A stretch of 64,000 nucleotides of DNA from Rhizophagus irregularis (Eukaryota): NCBI RefSeq assembly GCF_026210795.1, contig NC_089433.1, forward strand, positions 4,526,001-4,590,000, in the 5' to 3' direction. Made by a program: the position numbers and the translations under genes. The stretch's first letter is position 1; the number at the start of each line of letters is the position of its first letter. The notes beneath the pieces were generated by a model. That model saw only the letters and a list, made by a program, of their open reading frames with translations. It did not search any database and was not told the DNA's origin. Shown piece by piece: positions 54,551-64,000 of this stretch.

Positions 54551-57500
54551 AATCAAGCATGGCTAGACAAAATGTCACCCTGTGTCTGACATTTTACCTG
54601 TTTATGCTTGATTTTCATCTGTCCCGTGCTTGATATTTATCTGTACGTGCTTGATATTTTATCTGTACGTGCTTGATGTTTTATCTGTATGTGCTTGATA
54701 TTTTATCTGTCACGTGCTTGTTGTTTTATCTGTACATGATGCTTGATGTTTTTATCTGTTCGTGCTTGGCATTTTTATCTGTCCGTGCTTGAGGTTTTAT
54801 CTATCTGTACTTTTGTCCAATTGTATTTGATTTTAATTTTATCTTGTCAAAAATTAGTTTCTTTGTCAGCATAGGGGTGATATTTTGTCAATCACATGTT
54901 TTTTAAGTTTAGCATAGTTTTTACACGAAGAATTTTTTTTTATTTTATTGGCTTTTTTTTATAAAACAATTTTTGTAGAGAATTTTTATTTTTAATATAG
55001 GCAAAGGTTTTTTTTGATAAAATTCTTTTGGAATTTTTTTTTAATAAAAAGACTTTTTTTTGATAAAAAATTTTGTTAGAGAATTTTTTATTGATAGGGA
55101 AATTTCTGAGTTTTTCTTCGATGGATAATTTCGTTAAAAAATTTAAATTTCATTGGAGATTTTTTTTTTAATAAGATTTTTTTTTTTGATAGAGAATTCA
55201 TTGAGAATTGAGAACTTTTTTTTTTTGTAGAATTTTTATAATAGGAAAGATTTTTTTTGATAAAATAATTTTGTCAGAAACTTTTTTAGCAAATGAGATT
55301 TTTTTTTGATAGAGAATTTCGTTAAGAATTTTTTTTTTAATAGGAGGGAGTTTTCCTTGATAAAGAATTTCTTTTGGGAATTTTTTTTAATAGGTGAAAG
55401 TTATTTTTTATGGAGAATTTTATTAGAGAATTTTTTTTAATAGGGGGATTGTTTTTGATAGAGAATTTTATTAAAGAATTTTAATTAATAGGAAGATAAA
55501 TAATTTCGCTGAGAATTTTTTTTTTAATGGGTAAAATTTTTTTTTTTTTGATAGATCATTTCATTAGTAAATTTTTTTAACAGAGAAGATTTTTTTTTGA
55601 TTAAGAATTTCATTAGAGAATTTCTGGTTGAAAAGTTTTTTTATTTTTTTGATGGAGAATTTTGTTAGAAGTCTCAATAGAAAATTTATTGAAAATAGTT
55701 TTTTTTAATAAGGGTATCGAGAATTTTGGCTTGATATTTTTTTTTTTAATAAAGAATTTCATTAGATAGAGAGCTTTTTTTTAAAAAAATTGATTGAAAA
55801 TTTATTAAATTTTACAATTTTAATAAATTTTTTTTTTTTTTAATGGATATTATAAAATAAATGGTTTGCTGGTAGTTAAAGCTCTGCATGAGCTGGCTCG
55901 AGCTGAGCCAAGGCATAGCTCACGCTCAGCTCGAAAATTAAGAGAGCAGAGTCCGCAATGAACTGAACCACGGCAAATATTGGCTCAAGCTTTTTGAGCC
56001 AAGCCGAACCATAATAAATCCTGGCTCAAGCTGAGCTGGACTTGAGCGGGCTCGAGCTGGCTTGAGCTTTACCTAAAAAAAAAGAGAGAAATGGCGTTAA
56101 TGATGTTTTATAACACCATTACACAGCCACACACTCACCAAACAACACCTACCGCATATTCCATAGCCGGAGAGATGAAAAGGAGTGATGGGAGACGAAA
56201 AGGAGCGATGGGAGATGAAAAAAATTTTCTTACAAAATTTTTTATCAAAAAAAATCTTTTTATTATTGCCGTTTTCAAAATTACTGACAAATTCCGATTT
56301 GCGAGGTTTGATATATGATTTTTTGTATAACAAAAGTGAATCACATTTTTACGCGAATTTTTAATATTTTCATGTCAAATTTTTTTGTGAATCATCAAAT
56401 TCAAGATAAAATGTGTACCAACGCAAAATTTTAGCATATATTTAATATAAAAATTTTGGACTTTTACTATGCAGATATCATTTATTATAGTTATTTATAT
56501 ATAAAAATAAAGTGAATCACATTTCTGCATGAATTTTTAATATTTTCATGTCAATTTTTTTTTGTGAATCATCAAATTCAAGTCAAAATGTGTATCAACG
56601 CAAAATTTCAGCATATATTTCATATAAAAATTTTGGACTTTTACTATGTTAATATTATTTATTGCAATTATTTACATATAAAAATAGTGACATAGAAAAG
56701 TCCAAATTTTAAATGAAATATATATTGAAATTTTGCCTTGATATACACAATGTCTTGAATTTGATGATTCACAAAAAAATTTTAATATAAATATATTAAA
56801 AATTGATGTAGAAATGTGATTCACTTTATTTTTATATATAAATGACTGTAATAAATGATATCTGCATAATAAAAGTCCAAAATTTTTATAAGAAATATAT
56901 ACTGAAATTTTGTGTTGATACACATTTTGACTTGAATTTGATGATTCACAAAAAAAATTTGACATGAAAATATTAAAAATTCATGCAGAAATGTGATTCA
57001 TTTTATTTTTATATATAAATAACTACAATAAATGATATCTACATAATAAAAGTCCAAAATTTTTATAAGAAATGTATACTGAAATTTTGCGTTGATACAC
57101 ATTTTGACTTGAATTTGATGATTCACAAAAAAAATTTGACATGAAAATATTAAAAATTCAGAAATGTGATTCACTTTATTTTTATATATAAATGACTATA
57201 ATAAATGATATCTGCATAGTAAAAGTCCAAAATTTTTATATTAAATATATGCAAAATTTTGCGTTGATACACATTTTATCTTGAATTTGATGATTCACAA
57301 AAAAAATTTGACATGAAAATATTAAAAATTCGCGTAAAAATGTGATTCACTTTTGTTATACGAAAAATCATATATCAAACCTCGCAAATCGGAATTTGTC
57401 AGTAATTTCGAAAACGGCAATAAAAAAAATTTCAAAAGAAATTCTATCCTATCAAACAAAGCCTTTGCCTATATTAAAAATAAAAATTCTCTACAAATTT

Positions 57501-57928
57501 GTTTATTAAAAAAAGCCAATAATAAAAAAAATTATTCGTGTAAAATTTAAAAAAAAAAAAAATTTTTAAAACTACGCTAAACTTAAAAACATGTGATCGA
57601 CAAAATATCAACCCTGTACTGACAAAGAAACTAATTTTTGACAAAGATAAAATTATCGAGTATAGTTGGATTAAATCAAACACAGTTGGACAAAAACATC
57701 AAGCACAGACGGACAAAAATATCAAGCACAGATGGATAAAAACATCAAGCACGTACAGATAAAATATCAAGCACATACAGATAAAACATCAAGCACGTAC
57801 AGATAAAATATCAAGCACGTACAGATAAATATCAAGCACGGACAAATGAATATCAAGCATGAACAGGTAAAATGTCAGGCACGGTGTAACATTTTGTCAA
57901 TCCATGCTTGATTCGGCTTGCCATACTG
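54551..57928. mobile_element. Large foldback (long inverted repeat) element with internal tandem subrepeats
   Basis: 54551-55040 is the reverse complement of ~57430-57912, including ~21-bp TGCTTGATATTTTATCTGTAC repeats. 56260-56690 mirrors ~56690-57425 (~177-bp units). Right end CGGCTTGCCATACTG|TA; the matching GGCAAGCCGA lies at 51359, left of the Harbinger. Confidence 0.8.
55877..56071. mobile_element. Small MITE-like insert with GAGC/GCTC repeats
   Basis: TAAAGCTC...GAGCTTTA ends; GC-rich relative to flanks; no clear TSD. Confidence 0.4.
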
Positions 57929-58138
57929 TAACACCTGCTGTACCTGCTGTACCTGCCGTAAAATGTGGCATACTTTGTCAAGTATGGCTCGAAAATCGAA
58001 ATAGTGATCACATAATAAATTTTGCATAAATATTATTACCATATTTACTCATACTAATAGGGCGTTTAATAAAAAAAAGAAAAAAATAGATTTTTTTTTT
58101 TTATTCAGTTAGGGAATATTTTGATATAATAAATAGTA

Positions 58139-61100
58139 ATGGGTCAATGTATTGGTAAAGGTAAAAATCGTATATATAGTATGAACATTTGATACAATAA
58201 GAATTTTAAAATTTTTAACAAATTGACAATATAATAAAACTAGTTTCTGGTAGTGTTAATAAAAAAAATGGCTCTGAAGAATCTGAAGGAAGTACCGAGG
58301 AATATGAAGGTATATTAAACAAGCTGAAATATTAAAATACTTATCTATAAATAAACCTATATATAATATATAACTAACTAAATTATATAAAATCATATTA
58401 AATAATTTAGCTCGTAAGTTAATAGGTTGTTTTATAATTAAATAATAACGGAATTACTTATTATTTTTACTATATTCTATGTAACTAAATATACTATAGT
58501 TTGTAAGTTATCAGTTATTTAAATTTTTAGTTTTTTACTTTATTTATATTTACATAATATTCAAATAACTAATAAATTCTTTGTTTTAAATAACTAATTA
58601 ATTATATTACAGCTGGTAAGTTATAATATTATATTTAATATTATATTTATTTATTAATATTTTACTATAATTTAACTAATTATACTCCTAATTTAAATAA
58701 ATAGATTGTAAGTAATATATTCAATTTATAGTAAATACCTTTCTATTATATTTATATCAACTAATTAAGAATTAATAATAATTCAGGGTGTAAGTTATAT
58801 GATGTCTATATTTCTATTATTTATATAATTTAAGCTAAATTCTTTATTTAAAAAATTATTTGTAATTTCTTTTAGTTGGTAAGTTATTTATTTAATTCTA
58901 TTTTACTTATTGTTATAATATTTACATATAATATAAACTAACAAAATCCTTTATTTAAAAAATTATTTTAATAATATAGGGAGTGAGTTATTTATTTAAT
59001 TCTATTATTACTACTTCTTTACAGAAACTTCAAGAATGGCTTAATGCGCAGTAACTGCATATATGTAATTTCTTTACAATTGCATAATGTGGTCACTATG
59101 TATTTATAACGCAGTTACCACGCATTAAGCCATCGCTACGATCTTGAAGTTTCTGTAAAGTTATTGTTATAATATTTACATATATTTAAACTAACTAAAT
59201 TCTTATTTAAAAAATTATTTAAATAATATAGAGAGTGAGTTATTTATTTAATTCTATTATTACTTATTATAATAATATTTACATATAATTTAAACTAACT
59301 AAATTCTTTATTTAAAAAATTATTATATAGATGGTAAGTTATTTATTTAATTCTATTATTAATCATTGTAATAATATTTACATATAATTTAAATTAACTA
59401 AATTTTTTATTTAAAAAAATTATTTAAATAACATAGCTCGTAAGTTATTTATTTAATTCTATTATTACTTATCATTATATAATTTAAGCTAAACTAACTA
59501 AATTCTTTATAAATTATTTTGTAATTCTTTTAGATTGTAAGTTATAATTTATTTATTTAATTCTATTATTACTTATTGTTATAATATTTATATATAATTT
59601 GAACTAACTAAATTTTTATTTAAAAAATTATTTAAATAATATAGGGAGTAAGCTATTTATTTAATTATACTATTCTTATTGTTATAATATTTACATATAA
59701 TCAAACTAAACCAACTAAATTCTTTATTAAAAAATTATTTTGTAATTTCTTTTAGATTGTAAGTCATAATTATTTATTTAATTCTATTATTACCTATCAT
59801 AATAATATTTACATATAATTTAAATAAATTCTTTATTTAAAAATTATTTTTGTAATTTCTTATACTAGTTGGTAAGTTATTTATTTAATTCTGTTATTAT
59901 TTATTGTTAAAATATTTACATATAATTTAAACTAACTAAATTCTTTATTTAAAAAATTATTTTATAGATGGTAAGTTATTTATTTAATTCTATTATTACT
60001 TATTATTATAATATTTACATATTATATAAACTACTAACTAAATTCTATATTTAAAAAATTATTTAAATAATATAGGGTGTAAGTTATTATTTATTTAATT
60101 TTATTATTACTTATTGTTATAATATTTACATATAATTTAAACTATCTAAATTCTTTATTTAAAAAATTATTTAAATAATTTAGGGTGTAAGTTATTTATT
60201 TAATTCTATTATTACTTATTGTTATACTAAATTCTTTATTTAAAACTTATTTTGTAACTTTTTTTAGTTAGTAAGCTATTTGATTAATTCTATTATTATT
60301 TGTTGTTATAATATTTGCATATAATTTAAACTAACTAAATACTTTATTTAAAAAATTATTTTATAGATGGTAAGTTCATATTTAATATCTATTATTATTA
60401 TTTGTTATAATATTTACGTATTATTTAACTAACTAACTAAATTTATTATTTAATAGATCGTAGGTTATAAGTTATTATTTAATTCTATTATTACATATTA
60501 TTATAATATTTACATATAATTTAAATTAACTAAATTCTTTGTTTAATAGATCGTAAGTTATAACTTATAAGTTATTTATTTAGTTCTATTATTACTCATT
60601 GTAATAATATTTGCATATAATTTAAACTAACAATTCTTTATTTAAATTATATAAATATATAGGGTGTAAGTTATTTATTTAATTCTATTATTACTTATTG
60701 TTATACTAAATTCTTTATTTAAAACTTATTTTGTAACTTTTTTTAGTTAGTAAGCTATTTGATTAATTCTATTATTATTTGTTGTTATAATATTTGCATA
60801 TAATTTAAACTAACTAAATACTTTATTTAAAAAATTATTTTATAGATGGTAAGTTCATATTTAATATCTATTATTATTATTTGTTATAATATTTACGTAT
60901 TATTTAACTAACTAACTAAATTTATTATTTAATAGATCGTAAGTTATAAGTTATTATTTAATTCTATTATTACATATTATTATAATATTTACATATAATT
61001 TAAATTAACTAAATTCTTTGTTTAATAGATCGTAAGTTATAACTTATAAGTTATTTATTTAGTTCTATTATTACTCATTGTAATAATATTTGCATATAAT

Positions 61101-63999
61101 TTAAACTAACAATTCTTTATTTAAATTATATAAATATATAGGGTGTAAGTTATTTATTTAATTCTATTATTACATATTGTTATAATATTTACATACATTT
61201 TAAACTATCTTAATTCTTTATTTAAAAAATTATTTTGTAATTTCTTTTAGTTGGTAAGCTATTTATTTAATTCTATCATTGCTTATTGTTATAATATTTA
61301 CATATAATTTAAACTAACTAAATTCTTCACTTGAAAAATTATTTAAATAATATAGGGTGTAAGTTATTTATTTAATTCTATTATTACTTTATATTGTTAT
61401 AATATTTACATTTGTTTAAACTAACTAAATTCTTTATTTAATAGATCGTAAGTTATAAATTATTTATTGCTTACATTATTACTTATTGTTATTATTATAA
61501 TATTTACATATAATTTAAATTAACTAAATTCTTTATTAAAAAATCATTTAAATAATATAGAGAGTAAGTTATTTATTTAAATCTATTATAGTATTATTAC
61601 TTATTATTATAATATTTACATATAATTTAAACTAACAAATCCTTTATTTAAAAAATTATTTTAATAATATAGGGAGTGAGTTATTTATTTAATTCTATTA
61701 TTACTACTTATGATATTTACATATATTTAAACTAACTAAATTCTTATTTAAAAAATTATTTAAATAATATAGAGAGTGAGTTATTTATTTAATTTTATTA
61801 TTACTTATTATAATAATATTTACATATAATTTAAACTAACTAAATTCTTTATTTAAAAAATTATTATATAGATGGTAAGTTATTTATTTAATTCTATTAT
61901 TAATCATTGTAATAATATTTACATTTAATTTAAATTAACTAAATTCTTTATTTAAAAAAATTATTTAAATAACATAGCTCGTAAGTTATTTATTTAATTC
62001 TATTATTACTTAGTATCATTATAATATTTACATATAATTTAAGCTAAACTAACTAAATTCTTTATTTAAAAAATTATTTTGTAATTTCCTTTAGATTGTA
62101 AGTTATAATTTACTATTTATTTAATTCTATTATTACTTATTATAATAATATTTACATATAATTTAAACTAACTAAATTCTTTATTTAAAAAAATTATTTT
62201 ATAGATGGTAAGTTATTTATTTAATTCTATTATTACTTATTGTTATAATATTTACATTTAATTGAAACTAACTATTTAATTTCCTTTAGATGGTAAGTTA
62301 TTTATTTAATTCTATTATTACTTATTGTGATAATATTTACATATAATTTAAACTAACTAAATTTTTATTTAAAAATTATTTAATAATATAGCTTGTAAGT
62401 TATTTGTAATTTTATTGTTATATATTTTATATTTATTTGTTAACTGTATTCTTTCATTTAAAATTTCTATTACTTTAGTTGGTAAGTTGTGAAATATAGC
62501 TTATTATTATTATATATATTTGTACAAGAACTAAGACATATATTATCTTAAATTCCAATTTAAATTTTAGAGTGAGTGTTAATTTTAATCTTAAATTTTG
62601 TGTCAATTTTATTATGAACTTTAATTATTTAAATTTATAGATTTGGAAAAAGTGGAAATACAATTATAGATAAATTTATCCTTGAAAAAAGATTAAAATG
62701 GATTCCTTATAATAAATTTAAAAATGTTGAATATCTTAATGAAGGAGGATTTGGTACTATATACAAAGCTATTTGGTTAAAAAATAATGAAGATAATAAA
62801 GAAGTAATTCTTAAATGTCATAATAATTTAAATGAAAATTTAAATGAATTTTTAAATGAAGTATGATAGTATATTATTTATTTTTTTCAATTTGAATTAT
62901 AATTTACTTATATTAATATATTATTATTTTTTATAGTGGAAATATCATGAAAGATGTTTAGATTCAATTGAAATTATTTATTTTTATGGATTTACAAAAG
63001 ATCCAGATACTTTAAAATATATGGTAGTAATAGATTATGCAAACAAAGGTAATTTAAGAGGAAACTTAACAAGAATAATCAAAAATAATTGGGATCAAAA
63101 ATTATATATGTTGTGTGAAATTATTTCTGGACTTAATAGTATACATGAACAAAATCTTATTCATTGTGATTTTCATGATGGTAATATTTTAAATCATAAT
63201 GAGGATAAAATTTATGTTAGTGATTTAGGATTATGTCAGCCTGTAAAATCATTTTTGAAAGAGTATAATATTTATGGTGTTGTACCATTTATGGCACCTG
63301 AAGTTTTAAGAGGCAAATCTTATACTCCAGCTAGTGATATATATAGTTTTTCTATGATTATGTGGGAATTTACATCTGGTACGCCACCATTTAACAATAG
63401 AGCACACGATATTCAACTTAGTTTAAGTATTTGTAAAGGTGAACGTCCTGAAATTATTGAAAATACTCCACAATGTTATGTAGATTTAATGAAAAAATGT
63501 TGGGATGAAGATCCATTAAACAGGCCATCTTCTAAGGAAGTTTTAAAAACTATTATAAAATGGATTGGTCTTCCTTCTAACAAGAAAATTAAAGATATTG
63601 ATAAAGAATTAAAATGTAATATTATGGAATTTATAAATGCACCAATTGGGCATAACATTCTTACTACTGAATCTCATCCACAGGCTTGTTATACAAGTCG
63701 CATACTTGATTTTACTAGTAAAAAATTGAATGAAATTCTTGAAAGTGAAGATTTGAATAGTTGTATAATTAAAGATTTGAAGTCATTAGGTATGTAATAT
63801 AGTATATATAAAAATTAATCTTGCAAATCATTTTTGTGAAATTAATTTATTATTTAATATTAAAACAGATAAAAATACTAGTAAAAAATTGAATGAAATT
63901 CTTGAAAGTGAAGATTCACAAACTTATTATGCAAGCCATTCTTCTACTGGCATAACTGAAGAGTTGGATGATTGTATAATCAAAGATACAAGTAATTAG
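58139..63999 (+). CDS. Tyrosine-kinase-like kinase B with N-terminus encoded by 40 three-nt micro-exons plus one 1-nt exon
   Basis: Exon 1 58139-58160 (MGQCIGK+G); exon 2 58244-58309 (66 nt); micro-exons 58411 to 62481; 1-nt exon 62571; exons 62641-62860, 62937-63789, 63869-63999 (TAG). Close paralogue of kinase A. Confidence 0.85.
58310..62640 (+). repeat. Tandem array of homologous introns (array B)
   Basis: Same unit consensus as array A; every unit is GT(A/G)AG...CTAAC/T...AG followed by a triplet. Confidence 0.95.
59017..59160. mobile_element. 144-bp MITE inside an array-B intron
   Basis: Perfect 19-bp TIR CTTTACAGAAACTTCAAGA, continued by ATGGCTTAATGCG..TAACTGC; TT on both flanks; absent from the duplicated unit at ~61676-61772. 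Confidence 0.85.
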
Positions 64000-64000
64000 G

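Noticed and set aside
56091..57683. Short ORFs within the foldback element, and antisense ORFs overlapping real genes elsewhere
   Set aside because: They are low-complexity products of repeats or shadows of coding strands, with no domain features.

Overview
Very AT-rich, intron-containing eukaryotic DNA. The gene content (several tyrosine-kinase-like kinases with HxDL/FHxGNIL, BTB-BACK-TLDc, F-box/LRR, short GT-AG introns, dense TE remnants) suggests a Glomeromycota (Rhizophagus-like) fungus; this is an inference. Ordinary content: two paralogous HSL-family alpha/beta-hydrolases, a UGT, four kinase genes plus a kinase pseudogene, a PIF/Harbinger element, hAT/CACTA/Helitron/LTR/LINE remnants and a large foldback element. 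The main discovery is two ~4.2-kb apparent satellites (15.3-19.45 kb and 58.3-62.64 kb). Each ~100-bp unit is a complete spliceosomal intron (GTAAGT...ACTAAC...YAG), and consecutive introns are separated by exactly 3 nt. I read 41 three-nucleotide exons in the first array and 40 in the second, each array ending in a conserved 1-nt exon (A). Spliced in the phase set by the upstream ATG exon, they give stop-free ~40-aa peptides that join the downstream kinase domain in frame. The peptides differ almost completely between the two paralogues. This is a candidate one-codon-per-exon system for diversifying kinase N-termini. Splicing is inferred from sequence only and needs RNA evidence.
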